DNA of 64,000 nt from an uncultured virus (IMG/VR IMGVR_UViG_3300033075_000216) (Duplodnaviria > Heunggongvirae > Uroviricota > Caudoviricetes): IMG/VR virus record IMGVR_UViG_3300033075_000216; one strand, written 5' to 3'. The notes beneath the pieces were generated by a model. That model saw only the letters and a list, made by a program, of their open reading frames with translations, was not told where the DNA came from and made no database searches. Shown here piece after piece: positions 25,406-36,270 of the stretch. Each line of letters opens with the position of its first letter. The stretch's first letter is position 1. The position numbers and the translations under genes were made by a program.

Positions 25406-27685
25406 TTAGCTCTCTTTAATCGATGGACGCACATCAACGCCAGGAGGAGTTGTGAAAGTATATCTTACAAGAGTTCCTACAGTGTTGGGTATTGTTCCTA
25501 GAGCTGTCCAAGATAATCCATTAGTAGTAGAATATTCAAACTTAGAAGTGTCTGTGATTGTGTTATTGTTTATTAATAACGCATCTGACAAATCGTATGC
25601 TCTGAAGTATAAAGTAGGTACCGACGTAGCGTAAGCTTTCTTTAATCTAAAAGCAACTCTAGATGGGGTGTTATTGTCTGAGTAATCATCTGAAAATTCC
25701 CAATTATCGGATATTTCAGATAGAGTTTCAAAACCTAAAAACATCTCGCAAACTTGAGCTGGATTAGAACTACCTTCTGAATGCATTCTAAAAAGTATTT
25801 TAAATTGAATTTGACTTCCAGCAGCGTAGCCACTAAGATCTTCAAACGAAGGTAAGTCCGACCATCCACCAGAGATACTTCCAAATCCTGAAGTACGGTA
25901 TTGAACTTTAATATTACCAGTAACGTCATAATATTTTTCTATACTAGTAGTTACTTTCAATACGGCACTCGGAGTGTCTAATACAGGTGTGACTAAATAA
26001 GAGTAGTCATAGTCTGCTTCTGATCTTAAATCTGCTGTTAGTAATATACGTTGGCCTGTAGTTAAGCCAGTAGCAAAAAGTTTACCGTCTTCAAAATCTA
26101 ATCCACCAAAAGAGATTAAACCGATAGAAGCGGATTCTGGTAAAGAGAAACCTTCATAATATGTGTTATCTAATTCACCAAAGATATAATCTATTTGATT
26201 GTTTATAACTTGCTTCATTACTATCTTAGCACCGTTTGTTATATACAAAGCACTATCTAGCACATCTGACCACGAGGCCAAGGTTACAGTCGGAGCTGTT
26301 ATTTGATTAGTAGATCCTAAGATGTTTGATGTAACTAGAGTAGGTAGCGTGGTTGCTCCAGCAGTTAGATTACTTAAGCGCACCAGATATAGATTAGATG
26401 AGGTGGCGAAGAAGGCACAATCAAAACCTGCGTTTACGGTGTGTTGCGGTGCGGCCTTGTCTTCTGAATCTGAAGTTAAAAGCGTTCCGGTTAAAGCTGG
26501 AAGATTTGCTGTTTTATGACTCCACATAGCCGAAGTTTCTGCAAAAGCCCTACCAACAGTACAAGTTCCTGCGGTTGTTATGTTTATTGTAGCACCGCCA
26601 GAGGTTGCTGAAACTTGAAAAGTGTTAGCTGTTGCATTTCTTACAAAGTATATCGTGTTATTTGTTAATCCGACACCGCCAGAAAGATCACTAACTAAAA
26701 TTGGATCGTTATTTTGAAATGGGTGAGCATTGTATGTAATCGTATCAGAAACATCGCTAATAACTAATGACGTAACGTTTGAATACGTAGGTGTAGCGGA
26801 AGTATCGTATACATGATATTGATGTGTTGCAGCAACGCCATTATGAACATATAAGCGGTTAGCTGAACTATCTAGAACGCTACCAGCAACAGCTGTTTGA
26901 TAATATATTCCACCTATTTGAGCAGAGCCAGAAGATCCTGTAGTGTTTATAGAAGCTCCGCCTACGGTAGCTGACAATTCAAAGTCATTTACGCCAGGAT
27001 TACGAACGTAGTATGTTGTGTTTAGGGCTAATCCAGTAGGTAGTGTTCCATAAACAAAAATAACAGGGTCGTTTACGTGAAATGGGTGAGCTGTGTAACT
27101 TACTTTACCTGGAGAAGCTACGCTAACCGTAACAGCTGCTGTATTTACAGATACTCCATCTCTTAAACGATAAACAGCTTTTTGGTCATTACCTGTTGCG
27201 AAAGGTATGGTAGAGGGTATTGTCACAAAGTCTGCCAAATCAACTTTATTAACTAAAAGAGTTCCTCCGTTAAAAGCTACAGAACCTGATGTAGAAAAGA
27301 ATATTTTCCATCCAGTAGTTCCTGTATCTATTACCTTAAAAGCTCTTATTGTGTGCGTAGTAGCTGCGGTGTTTGGTACAGAGAATCTTATCTGACCTAC
27401 ATAAGTATTCACATTTGTTGTATTATTGTGCGTGTATAAGGCAACACCATAAGTACCGGCGACAACTAAGAAAGGAACGAAAACCCTTTGATTTGACGTT
27501 TTAAAAATAGGTCCTGCCGGAGCAACTCCGGAGTCTGTGAACATATCATTTATTTTTGTTAAGGGTGGGCCTAAGTAGTCTGCGCCGCCTAGAGTTTTTT
27601 GCGTAACTCTTCCTTGAATAGTTGTTTTTGTTTGATCATACGAACCTACTATGTTATCTAATAGGCCGGCTTTTATAAGTTTCAT
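25406..27685 (-). CDS. Structural protein with two internal repeat domains
   Basis: 759 aa; two copies of HPF..NDP......GL..NT.Y.VRN...N.F..SAT.GGA.IN.T. Confidence 0.6.
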   Translation of the reverse strand: MKLIKAGLLDNIVGSYDQTKTTIQGRVTQKTLGGADYLGPPLTKINDMFTDSGVAPAGPIFKTSNQRVFVPFLVVAGTYGVALYTHNNTTNVNTYVGQIRFSVPNTAATTHTIRAFKVIDTGTTGWKIFFSTSGSVAFNGGTLLVNKVDLADFVTIPSTIPFATGNDQKAVYRLRDGVSVNTAAVTVSVASPGKVSYTAHPFHVNDPVIFVYGTLPTGLALNTTYYVRNPGVNDFELSATVGGASINTTGSSGSAQIGGIYYQTAVAGSVLDSSANRLYVHNGVAATHQYHVYDTSATPTYSNVTSLVISDVSDTITYNAHPFQNNDPILVSDLSGGVGLTNNTIYFVRNATANTFQVSATSGGATINITTAGTCTVGRAFAETSAMWSHKTANLPALTGTLLTSDSEDKAAPQHTVNAGFDCAFFATSSNLYLVRLSNLTAGATTLPTLVTSNILGSTNQITAPTVTLASWSDVLDSALYITNGAKIVMKQVINNQIDYIFGELDNTYYEGFSLPESASIGLISFGGLDFEDGKLFATGLTTGQRILLTADLRSEADYDYSYLVTPVLDTPSAVLKVTTSIEKYYDVTGNIKVQYRTSGFGSISGGWSDLPSFEDLSGYAAGSQIQFKILFRMHSEGSSNPAQVCEMFLGFETLSEISDNWEFSDDYSDNNTPSRVAFRLKKAYATSVPTLYFRAYDLSDALLINNNTITDTSKFEYSTTNGLSWTALGTIPNTVGTLVRYTFTTPPGVDVRPSIKES

Positions 27686-27931
27686 TTATTCAACCTCGTC
27701 TGGAACTATTGTAAAATTGTTAACTATAAGTTTAGTGTCAACCATAACATCTAAAGTTTCTTCTAGAGTTAAGTTAATTCTAATTAAAATTTGCTCAGGA
27801 TAATCTTCGTAAAGTTCCATAACTTCAAATGAGCGTCCCCATAACGCATCGCTTGGAATATTAGTTTGAATATCTACGAAGTCCCCAACTTCTATATTTA
27901 CTCTTCTATTATCTACTATAGGAAATATCAT
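27686..27931 (-). CDS. Hypothetical protein
   Basis: 81 aa, coupled ORF. Confidence 0.45.
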   Translation of the reverse strand: MIFPIVDNRRVNIEVGDFVDIQTNIPSDALWGRSFEVMELYEDYPEQILIRINLTLEETLDVMVDTKLIVNNFTIVPDEVE

Positions 27932-28705
27932 TTAAATAACGCTCCAATTTTCTGAATCTCTTCTGTATTTTGTACCTACTAGTGTATACGAAAAAGAACG
28001 TCGAATCGTGTAACCAGGTATTGTACTGCTTGTGTACTCAATTTTTTCCACTCTTTGATTTTTTGTTCCAAAATCTAAATAAGAAAACGCAGCATTTCTA
28101 TCATGAGTACTTAAAATTTGTTCTTTTAGATTATTAACAAATACTCTTTGTACTCCGCCGATTGTTCCATTTTCTGTACCTATTGAAAGTCCATTATTAT
28201 CAGTAGGAAGAGCTAATATATTAGTATTTATATCATTTAAAATGGTGTCGGAGGAAGTGCTTAAAACATTTACATCTAAAGCAGACTGATCAGAAGCTAT
28301 TACAACAGGTACGCTAGCTACAGCTGCTTTTTGACCTAGAGTATTTAACTTATTGTTTATTGTAGATAATGTAGTTTCTGTAGCAACTCCGGCTACATTA
28401 ATACTACCATCTGAATTAATAGCTAAAGTGTCTGTGCCATCACTAATTGCGACATTATCGCCGTCGGCGGCATCAAGCTCTATGTCTAAAGTGGCGGTAT
28501 TAAGAGCTACATTGATACTACCGTCTGGATTTATAGCTAAATCATTTGTGCCATCACTAATTGCGACATTATCGCCATCATTGGCGTCCAGGCTTACGTC
28601 TATAGATCCTGATATAATAGCGGTAGCTGTCGTCCTTAACGCTTTATTAGGTTCATCGTAACAGTTTTGTAAAACTTGACCGGGAGAACTATGACTTTTT
28701 GACAT
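27932..28705 (-). CDS. Structural protein with internal tandem repeat
   Basis: Two copies of LDA.DGDNVAISDGT..LAIN.DGSINVA. Confidence 0.55.
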   Translation of the reverse strand: MSKSHSSPGQVLQNCYDEPNKALRTTATAIISGSIDVSLDANDGDNVAISDGTNDLAINPDGSINVALNTATLDIELDAADGDNVAISDGTDTLAINSDGSINVAGVATETTLSTINNKLNTLGQKAAVASVPVVIASDQSALDVNVLSTSSDTILNDINTNILALPTDNNGLSIGTENGTIGGVQRVFVNNLKEQILSTHDRNAAFSYLDFGTKNQRVEKIEYTSSTIPGYTIRRSFSYTLVGTKYRRDSENWSVI

Positions 28706-28717
28706 CAGTTATAATCC

Positions 28718-30799
28718 TTATTGTTGATTTAAAAGAACGGGGTTTTGTTGAAAAGGTGCGGGAGGAGAGGGTATGTTAGGAAGATTCACAGGCTGTTCCA
28801 TCCCAGGTCCCATTATCTCAGCTGGCATTTGACCTGCTTGTACCGCTTGCATTACAGAAGCATTCTCAGAAGACAAGCCTTGTGCTTGTTGAGGAGCTAC
28901 TTCAGAAGGCTGAGGTGCGTTCTGTTGAGGAGGAGGGATCGGAACTTGCCCAAGTACTTGAAGAAGTCTAGGATCAGTGTTCTGCAATAAGTCAATATGG
29001 TCGTATATGTGAGTAAGAACGTTTTGAACAAGAGTAGGATCTTTCTTAAGCTCTGGATCAAACAATACACTTTGATGACCTTTAATGTGTTTAACGTGAT
29101 CTTCAATAGCAACAGCCATAGGAAGATCGCCTGAGATGAGTTTTTCATTCTCTGCCCTGATTAACAATACTTCTTTTTGGACGTCTTCTGTAGCAGTTTC
29201 TAGTTTACCTGTATTAACAACAGATAGATACTGAGCTGGATCTTTTATTAGCTGATATTGTAAAAGAGACTCTGCAAGCTGAATCTTACCGCTGGTTGTG
29301 CGAGAAAGAGGATTAGCCATGTCTACAACAACGCGAGTAACGTTGCTTAGATCGTCGGCACTAAACTCTTTTACGTTAGTGTTGTTAGACACGCCTGAGA
29401 TGAGTGTTATGGTACGCTTCGTTACAGCGAAATCTTGCAACATCTTAACAAGAGATGTTCCCATGTCTTCAATAAGCTTAATATATTGAGATTGGAGGTT
29501 AGAAGCAAACTGAAGAGCTAAGCTTTGCACTAAGGCAAGAGCAGCGCCAGACTTAAGAGAAGACTCTGGATTACCGCGAGCAACACTGTTAACACCTGAA
29601 AGAGTTTCCATGTCTTTAATCATCATCTGAAGAAAATTAAATATCTCTGGAGGTGTGTTTGTTAAGTTTAAAGATTCAGGACGACCTGCGTTGGAGTTAC
29701 CTTCAATAACGTTAAGTCCGCCCTCAAGAGCGTTGATGGTAATGTCTGCTCCGCGAGGAACATAAATATTTTGTACACCAAACGCTGATTGGTTAGTCAT
29801 GATAGTACTATACAAACCGTTCACCGCCTCTTGAAGAGGAAGAAGATCGAACATAGGAGTGTATCCGTACGGAGTTCCTAGTAAGTCAGAAGGAGCAATG
29901 CGCAATACTGGAATAGTACGATATGGCATCTCTCCATCATAAAGAATAATGTCTTCTGCTAAGAACATCATGTAACGTCCTTTAGGCATGAATTCTGTAC
30001 GTTTATGATAAAATTCATATACAGCAACGTCGTCTGTATGTTCGGCAGTGAAGCCTGTAGAAAACTTAAACAAAATTTGATCTGACTTAGTTTGAAGACC
30101 TTTGATTTTGTTTTCAAGCTCTGGATAGCGAGCAGCTAAGTCATACTTATTCTTAAAGCTTCTTGTAACAACCCAGTCATGGTTCTGATCTTCTTTATAA
30201 GAATCAAACACTACGTCGAACGGAGAAAGATTGGTGAATTTAACGTCACCTTCGTACATAGGTTTTTCTGGGTCTAAATCTTCAGTGATAGAACCGTCAT
30301 CGTTTTGAATTTCTTTTGTTTCGTAGTCGTATATCTCACCGGCAATAGCGTCCCATTCCATCTTAATGAAACCGGCGCCGAATACGATAGCTTGTTCTAC
30401 AGCAGTTTTAATATAATATTCCATACGCTTCTCGCGCATGTAGTAGTCTAAGATACCGTTTGCTAGGATAGTTTGTACCTGAGACTTATAATCGGTGTTT
30501 ACAGCTCTAGCTTCCATAGCTGGTCTAGAAGAAGTGGTCATTACCAACATGTGCTGGGCTATGTTGCGGTAGTGATTTACTGGTATTTGAGCATACTCGC
30601 CTTGTTCGCCTCCGAACGTAATACTATGACCATATTGAACGTTGTCGTAGTAAGAACCGTAATAGGCTTTATACGAAGAAATCATCTTTTGTAGCCATCC
30701 GTTGGTCGAATGGAAGTTGTAGTATTGCCCTGCTCTTTGTAGAATAGTGGAGGCGCATTTCTGAGGTTCTTGGGCAGCGAAGTATTTAAATTGACTCAT
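28718..30799 (-). CDS. Portal protein (P22-like)
   Basis: 693 aa, directly after terminase; 'YGYTPMFDLLPLQEAVN', 'LSGVNSVARG...SGAAL'; Q/P-rich tail. Confidence 0.85.
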   Translation of the reverse strand: MSQFKYFAAQEPQKCASTILQRAGQYYNFHSTNGWLQKMISSYKAYYGSYYDNVQYGHSITFGGEQGEYAQIPVNHYRNIAQHMLVMTTSSRPAMEARAVNTDYKSQVQTILANGILDYYMREKRMEYYIKTAVEQAIVFGAGFIKMEWDAIAGEIYDYETKEIQNDDGSITEDLDPEKPMYEGDVKFTNLSPFDVVFDSYKEDQNHDWVVTRSFKNKYDLAARYPELENKIKGLQTKSDQILFKFSTGFTAEHTDDVAVYEFYHKRTEFMPKGRYMMFLAEDIILYDGEMPYRTIPVLRIAPSDLLGTPYGYTPMFDLLPLQEAVNGLYSTIMTNQSAFGVQNIYVPRGADITINALEGGLNVIEGNSNAGRPESLNLTNTPPEIFNFLQMMIKDMETLSGVNSVARGNPESSLKSGAALALVQSLALQFASNLQSQYIKLIEDMGTSLVKMLQDFAVTKRTITLISGVSNNTNVKEFSADDLSNVTRVVVDMANPLSRTTSGKIQLAESLLQYQLIKDPAQYLSVVNTGKLETATEDVQKEVLLIRAENEKLISGDLPMAVAIEDHVKHIKGHQSVLFDPELKKDPTLVQNVLTHIYDHIDLLQNTDPRLLQVLGQVPIPPPQQNAPQPSEVAPQQAQGLSSENASVMQAVQAGQMPAEIMGPGMEQPVNLPNIPSPPAPFQQNPVLLNQQ

Positions 30800-30804
30800 A
30801 TATT

Positions 30805-30817
30805 ATATAGTTGTTAA
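30805..30817 (-). promoter_or_regulatory. Putative late promoter motif (copy 4)
   Basis: Exact 13-mer, 5 nt before the portal ATG. Confidence 0.7.
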
Positions 30818-30818
30818 C

Positions 30819-32258
30819 CTATAAAGATTTTTTTGGTTTAAAGATTCCTCTAATTTGACTGTATAGAGGGTTTTCACCAGCTTTATCGTTCCTGAAGAAC
30901 CAGCTTTGCTTGTCTTTAAAGTCAAAGTTGGCTGGATAGGGGTTCTTATTCCACTGAATGTTACGACACATGTAGATAAGCGCAGCAAGAGCGTCATAGT
31001 GGCCGCCGTCAGCTGATTTATCAAATACGCGTGAGTTTCCCGTCTTCCAGGTTGCTGATTTTAAGTGTGATATCAAATACTTACACTTAGGGCTTATTAT
31101 TATCTTCTTACTGTTAATCAAGACACGTACGTTATTTACAGCAGCTTCTAGATCATCTTTCTGTGTAGGCATGAATAAAACGTTATGAAGCCTGTGCATA
31201 TCGTTTATAAAGAATAAGTTGGTGTCTGATATACGAAGATAAGGTTCTTTCTTCTCACCTGTAGAAGTGAAATAAAGAAGAGAATTCTCCTTATTTATTA
31301 TAGCCTTAGCTAGCACCTCGGTATTAAAGTTGGGCGTTAAGTCCTTATTCATTACAAGCTCATCTTCAATAACAAGCCTGCTATGCTTAAAATCCATATA
31401 ACCGAATAATACTGCCGTAAAGTCCTTAAAACCGATATCGGCAGCTACGTAATAATCGAAGTATGGAGGTCTATTAACATCCTTAACACAATCCATCTCC
31501 ACTTCAGGGCTAAATTCTGGTATAACGCTACTATTAACGTCTACAACCATCTCAGCTAGATACTCTCGTCTAAACTCGTTATTCTTCATCCCGCCTTGAT
31601 ATTGGGAGATAATCTCGTTAACCTGAGCAGGGCTAAAACGTGTATTGTCAAAGATTGTCTTCTTTATTAAAGTATTGTCGTGCATCGCTTCTTTTACAAA
31701 CTGAGCGAAATCGTGACCTGGAGATCTTGGAGGAGTAGATGATAAGATTAGTTTTCCACCTGTCGTAGAAAGAGTGGGGAGAAGCACAGATCGCACCGCA
31801 TAAGAAAGATCGTCACAGAAGCCAGCCTCATCCACGATACATAGATGTGCAAGACCGCCTCGAAGATTCTCCACTCTTCCGTTATCAGTTCCTGCAAGCT
31901 GTATCTCACTACCATTAGGAAATACATATTTAGCGTCGTTCCTGTTGTAAGTGGGGCGTAAGGCTTTAGGGCAGTCTTCTAATATCTGTCTAAAGATGGG
32001 TTGAAGAATAGCTCTAATCATCTTTTGAGTAGGACAGAGATACTTAATGACAGTTCCAGGAGAAGCAAGACATGTTTCAATAGCCACTACAGAGAGTGTG
32101 TGAGATTTGCCAAAACGTCGAGAGCAAAGCCATGTAACAACACGCTTTTGACTTTTTTTATATAAATCGTACATCTCTTTCTGACCGGCATCTAGCTTCC
32201 AATGAAGGATGCCTTTTGCCCAGAGATTACTGATTGCTTGTTTCTTTGATATCTGCAT
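30819..32258 (-). CDS. terL: Terminase large subunit
   Basis: Walker A SRRFGKS, Walker B CIVDEA, coupling motif SSTP, nuclease motif AADIGFKD. Confidence 0.92.
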   Translation of the reverse strand: MQISKKQAISNLWAKGILHWKLDAGQKEMYDLYKKSQKRVVTWLCSRRFGKSHTLSVVAIETCLASPGTVIKYLCPTQKMIRAILQPIFRQILEDCPKALRPTYNRNDAKYVFPNGSEIQLAGTDNGRVENLRGGLAHLCIVDEAGFCDDLSYAVRSVLLPTLSTTGGKLILSSTPPRSPGHDFAQFVKEAMHDNTLIKKTIFDNTRFSPAQVNEIISQYQGGMKNNEFRREYLAEMVVDVNSSVIPEFSPEVEMDCVKDVNRPPYFDYYVAADIGFKDFTAVLFGYMDFKHSRLVIEDELVMNKDLTPNFNTEVLAKAIINKENSLLYFTSTGEKKEPYLRISDTNLFFINDMHRLHNVLFMPTQKDDLEAAVNNVRVLINSKKIIISPKCKYLISHLKSATWKTGNSRVFDKSADGGHYDALAALIYMCRNIQWNKNPYPANFDFKDKQSWFFRNDKAGENPLYSQIRGIFKPKKSL

Positions 32259-32661
32259 TAGATATTGCCTGTAGAAGCGTCTTTTCGTCTATAGCTTCAA
32301 GTTGATGCTCTGAGTCTTCTTTTTGCTGTTCAGACATTTGACGTTTAATAGCCAATAGATTTTTGGTGTAAATGTCAAACTTCTTAGCTTCTTCAAAAGA
32401 AAGTTCTCTATTTGCAGCCAACACCTGTAAACGTTTAATTTCCATTTCACAAACAAGCATCTCAGGTGGAACAAGACTTATAGACTTAACACTACTGTCT
32501 AGCATAGAGCGCAGATGAGCTATTTCCTTATTCTGCTCTTCTATACGAATAACAGCAGATTGTAGCTTATTAAATAACGTATCAGCATATTGTTTAATTT
32601 CTGTTACGTTTTTAAACTTCCCAGCTATTTGTTTGATGTTAACAAGTTTATCGTCGGACAT
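32227..32661 (-). CDS. Candidate terminase small subunit
   Basis: 144 aa, helical, overlapping the terL start; positional call only. Confidence 0.4.
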   Translation of the reverse strand: MSDDKLVNIKQIAGKFKNVTEIKQYADTLFNKLQSAVIRIEEQNKEIAHLRSMLDSSVKSISLVPPEMLVCEMEIKRLQVLAANRELSFEEAKKFDIYTKNLLAIKRQMSEQQKEDSEHQLEAIDEKTLLQAISNADIKETSNQ

Positions 32662-32665
32662 AATT

Positions 32666-32923
32666 TTAGAATTTAAAGTTGACGTTTTGTGGCTTTTTAA
32701 TATTAGCCATGTTGGTTGTGCTTATATGACTTTTGATGATGTCTATTTCTTTTTTAATAGCTTCTAAGTCATCAATCTTCTTATTCTCCATAAAAACAGA
32801 AAAACCATACCCAGACACCAAAGAAAGAACGATAAGGGCGTCAGATATGGAAGGAGACTGTATTAGATATTTCACACAAAGAGCAATGATAGCCCCTAAG
32901 AAAATTACGCTTAATTTCTTCAT
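32666..32923 (-). CDS. Two-TM membrane protein (holin-like)
   Basis: Two hydrophobic helices and a charged C-terminus. Confidence 0.45.
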   Translation of the reverse strand: MKKLSVIFLGAIIALCVKYLIQSPSISDALIVLSLVSGYGFSVFMENKKIDDLEAIKKEIDIIKSHISTTNMANIKKPQNVNFKF

Positions 32924-33034
32924 AACCTAACCTTTTAATTTATTGTGAGTATATCGGCGACGTAACAGGCGTTTGAGTTGTTTAAATGGACTATATGTCC
33001 TTATATTCCTTATTGTCAGAGGAGTACACTCATA

Positions 33035-33047
33035 ATATAGTTGTTAA
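33035..33047 (-). promoter_or_regulatory. Putative late promoter motif (copy 5), start of the packaging operon
   Basis: Exact 13-mer at the strand switch. Confidence 0.7.
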
Positions 33048-33075
33048 TATTGAAAAATAATGTTACCTTATTGTT

Positions 33076-33351
33076 ATGGTTATGGAAGCTTTATTAGACG
33101 CTCCTAAGTATAACGATGCTGTTAAAACTGCTGAGCAGGCCTTTATAAGGCAGGTACACTTAGACGATATGGGGCAGAAAATATTAAACGATTTTGCTAA
33201 GTTATCTCCTACAGCAGCTTGGATTGGTGGGGCAGCAGGAGCATCTGTTAAAGCATATAGAGACAAGCAGTTGCAGTATAGATATAGAAACATATCCACA
33301 ACCATAAGACAAAATCTCATTTATTTGGAGTATAAATGGACAATGTATTAA
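33076..33351 (+). CDS. Hypothetical protein
   Basis: First gene of the plus-strand block. Confidence 0.5.
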   Translation: MVMEALLDAPKYNDAVKTAEQAFIRQVHLDDMGQKILNDFAKLSPTAAWIGGAAGASVKAYRDKQLQYRYRNISTTIRQNLIYLEYKWTMY

Positions 33352-33548
33352 AGTTTAACTTAGTTAAGAATAATGAAGAAGCTATTACTGAAGAATTTAT
33401 TAAGTTTACCTTGACTTGGGACGGAAGCCTTTTGGTTGTAGCTAGAAATAATAGAATGCTCACTGTAGTGAAACAGCTATCAGAGCACTCCACTAATGAG
33501 CTGATTAAGGAGAAGGCTAAATGGGTATTATTTTTATTACGATCCTAG
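33336..33548 (+). CDS. Hypothetical protein
   Basis: GGAG RBS; 70 aa. Confidence 0.45.
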   Translation: MDNVLKFNLVKNNEEAITEEFIKFTLTWDGSLLVVARNNRMLTVVKQLSEHSTNELIKEKAKWVLFLLRS

Positions 33549-33790
33549 CCTTATTGACAGGAGCTTGCGGAGTTAAGGTATCTTCAGATCCTGTAAAGGT
33601 TGAGCGTGTCACTGTTGATCATAATATCAACATAAATCTACAGAACGTAGCCCTTTACTACCGTGGTGTTTGCGAGCTGGAGCTTACTAAAGCACCTCCA
33701 GAACCTGCGCCTACTGAACAAGAGATACAAGCGTGCGTGGATAAGAAGGTGATTGACTTTAACAACGCTTATAACTTTGGCGGTATCTAG
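33521..33790 (+). CDS. Putative lipoprotein
   Basis: Hydrophobic signal and lipobox-like LTGAC. Confidence 0.55.
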   Translation: MGIIFITILALLTGACGVKVSSDPVKVERVTVDHNININLQNVALYYRGVCELELTKAPPEPAPTEQEIQACVDKKVIDFNNAYNFGGI

Positions 33791-34470
33791 TGCGTTTTTT
33801 TAGGGAAGCGACGCCTTACGCAACTGTCTATTATAAAATGGAAGGTATTCGTATATTTCTATTTATATACTGGTATAAACCTGCGGTATGGATGGATACG
33901 GATGAACTACTCAGCTACGGTGGATTATTAGATAGCGCAAAAGAAATAACCTCAGCAGTAAATTCTAAATACGGGAGACTCAAGTATAAACATTTATTAG
34001 AAGCTAAGAATGTTTCATATCATGAGCTATACGAAGATTGATCAGATATTATAAAATACCACGAGCACAATTACTGTACAAAGTTCACGGAGATAACTTT
34101 TACTTTGTAGCAGAGTGGCCCGAGGAGCCTTTGTGGGTACCTTTAAAAATATACTATTTAGACGCTCTTTTATCTAGAGGCGCAAAAGACGTCACTTCTA
34201 TTATAAACTCTAAATGGGGATTGCTTAAGTATGGACGTTTAGTGTCAGCTAAAGAGAGAGATTGTGAGATATTATAAAACAAAAGATGGGGATGTTTTTT
34301 ATAAGCTAGATGGGAGATATTTATATGTTTTTTTTCCGTCAAAAGTTTGGCGTTTTATATCAGAACCTATGCATATACCGAGCATTCCAGAAATTACTAG
34401 AATACTAACTACTAAGTATGGTAAGATTAAGTATAAACATTTATTAGAAGCTGAAAATAAGGAGTGGTAA
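33790..34470 (+). other. Three paralogous small CDS (33790-34041, 34038-34277, 34264-34470) with the shared C-terminal motif
   Basis: NSKYGRLKYKHLL / NSKWGLLKYGRLV / TTKYGKIKYKHLL; identical 24-bp DNA at 33982-34005 and 34429-34452. Confidence 0.65.
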
Positions 34471-34685
34471 TGAAAACGCAAGCAAATTTTACTAAGGTGT
34501 ACATTAATAACGAAGGAAAACTGACATCTTCGCCTGTTCGTTGGGAGAAGGATGAAGAAGGTAAGCCAAAACTCGTAGACAACACTCCAGCGCTAGACGA
34601 TACAGGCAGACAAAAGATCGCTCCTTTAAATAGGCGCGCTAGGCGTGCGATGAAGAGTAAGAAATGGGGAGGACCTCTACTGTAA
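34464..34685 (+). CDS. Hypothetical protein
   Basis: 73 aa, contains a basic NRRARR motif. Confidence 0.5.
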   Translation: MVMKTQANFTKVYINNEGKLTSSPVRWEKDEEGKPKLVDNTPALDDTGRQKIAPLNRRARRAMKSKKWGGPLL

Positions 34686-35215
34686 TGGGACTCAACGGAA
34701 ATAATAGAGAGTATGAATATAAGTTTACTAGCACGCAAGCAATGAACACGCTTGCTTCTGTCATCAAAGCCAACTTTAAGGTTATAGGCACTAAAAAAGG
34801 ATCTTCTTATGATATCTTCTGGGAACCTAAGATAACAGATACCTGTGACTTTGTACGTTTGCGACACTTTGATAAGATTAAAGGTGAGCTTACACTGAAA
34901 CACACAGATAAGTCTACAATACGTGATAGGTTTGAAGTGGATGTTCCCGTGTCAAATACAGACCAAGCTCGCATACTACTCACCATGGCGCTAGGTAAAC
35001 CAAAGGGCGACTTGTATAAGATATTTACTGTATACTTTTTAGACAAGTTTGGTACAAACATCTCCATCTATCAAATAACCAAAGATAATGTTGTTTTCGT
35101 CGAAGTGGAAAGTAACACTATGAAGAAAGCAAGAAGAATAACAAATCAACTTAAAAAATTACTTAAATTAAAAGTTGAAAATCGCAGCTTGTATACGATA
35201 TACTTTAAGTCATGA
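34685..35215 (+). CDS. CYTH-like (triphosphate tunnel) protein
   Basis: ExExKF (EYEYKF), VRLR, LTLK, RFEVDV, FVEVE. Confidence 0.75.
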   Translation: MGLNGNNREYEYKFTSTQAMNTLASVIKANFKVIGTKKGSSYDIFWEPKITDTCDFVRLRHFDKIKGELTLKHTDKSTIRDRFEVDVPVSNTDQARILLTMALGKPKGDLYKIFTVYFLDKFGTNISIYQITKDNVVFVEVESNTMKKARRITNQLKKLLKLKVENRSLYTIYFKS

Positions 35216-35406
35216 GAGCGTTAGTTATCTGCAACTATTGCGGACATAAGATTAAGTTTACAAACTCTTACGGGGCGCCAACAGCATGTTGGAGGTGTAA
35301 GGGTACGGATTTGGAGATAAAGAAATATGACGGCAATCAATACGGCTACGAAGAAGATGAAAAAGAAGACAATGTACCAGACGATGGATATACAGTACTC
35401 GATTAA
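35212..35406 (+). CDS. Zn-ribbon protein
   Basis: CNYCG...CWRC. Confidence 0.55.
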   Translation: MRALVICNYCGHKIKFTNSYGAPTACWRCKGTDLEIKKYDGNQYGYEEDEKEDNVPDDGYTVLD

Positions 35407-35577
35407 CAGCCTTAATGATAAAGGCTACATTGTAGACTTTATGCAGAAGATGGACGACACTTGGGCAGTGTGTGTCACTAATAAACATAGCGGACGTAAG
35501 TATGTTACAGAAGCTAAGTCAATTACTTCGGCGTTGAGTGTTGCTGTAGGGGCTATTGAGAAGGAGAATAATGCTTT

Positions 35578-36270
35578 ATGCTAAGTGCTAAGGAAGACGT
35601 TCTACGCGAGCATGTAGATCAAGATAGACAGATAGTTATAGATAGGTTTCCTTCTAAATGGTCCACTGGCAATGGTCTTATGACCACAGGCCTGTTCTAC
35701 ACCTTATGTAGCTTGCTTGGAGACATTGACGACGCTGATAGAGATAGATTTGAAATTGCTGTGATGCTTTGTCAACAAGATCCTGGGGTGTACAATAGAA
35801 ACCCAAATAGACGTGATGCTAATGCTCACGACGACGTTGTTGGGGTTGTGGCAGCTTCTGTCATGATGAATGAAACCTTTCACATTGATGTCCTGACACA
35901 CGGAAGAACTAATAAGTTTATATACAATAATACAGAAGATACAAGCTTTACAAGAAATACGCCAAACATGACTAAGTGGCAATGGTGGAGCTTTCGTTTA
36001 AGGTTTCCTTTTGAAATTCTATGGTATTATATTGTGAATAATCAGTTAACGGTTTTAAAACCTATTTTATACTTACAGCTAATGTCACATAAATCATCAG
36101 ACTATCATGCAATACTAAACATGATGAGGTTTGTCAGTGCGTTCGGTCCATCCAAGCGCTATTTTACAGAACGTCGTAAAAGGGACATTAAGTTTGCAAT
36201 GGCAGACTATTTCAAATCAGTCTATCATCCGATGTATAAACTTATGGCAGCGTTTTTAGACACTGTATGA
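35578..36270 (+). CDS. Hypothetical helical protein (230 aa)
   Basis: AAGGAG RBS; no motif recognised. Confidence 0.55.
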   Translation: MLSAKEDVLREHVDQDRQIVIDRFPSKWSTGNGLMTTGLFYTLCSLLGDIDDADRDRFEIAVMLCQQDPGVYNRNPNRRDANAHDDVVGVVAASVMMNETFHIDVLTHGRTNKFIYNNTEDTSFTRNTPNMTKWQWWSFRLRFPFEILWYYIVNNQLTVLKPILYLQLMSHKSSDYHAILNMMRFVSAFGPSKRYFTERRKRDIKFAMADYFKSVYHPMYKLMAAFLDTV

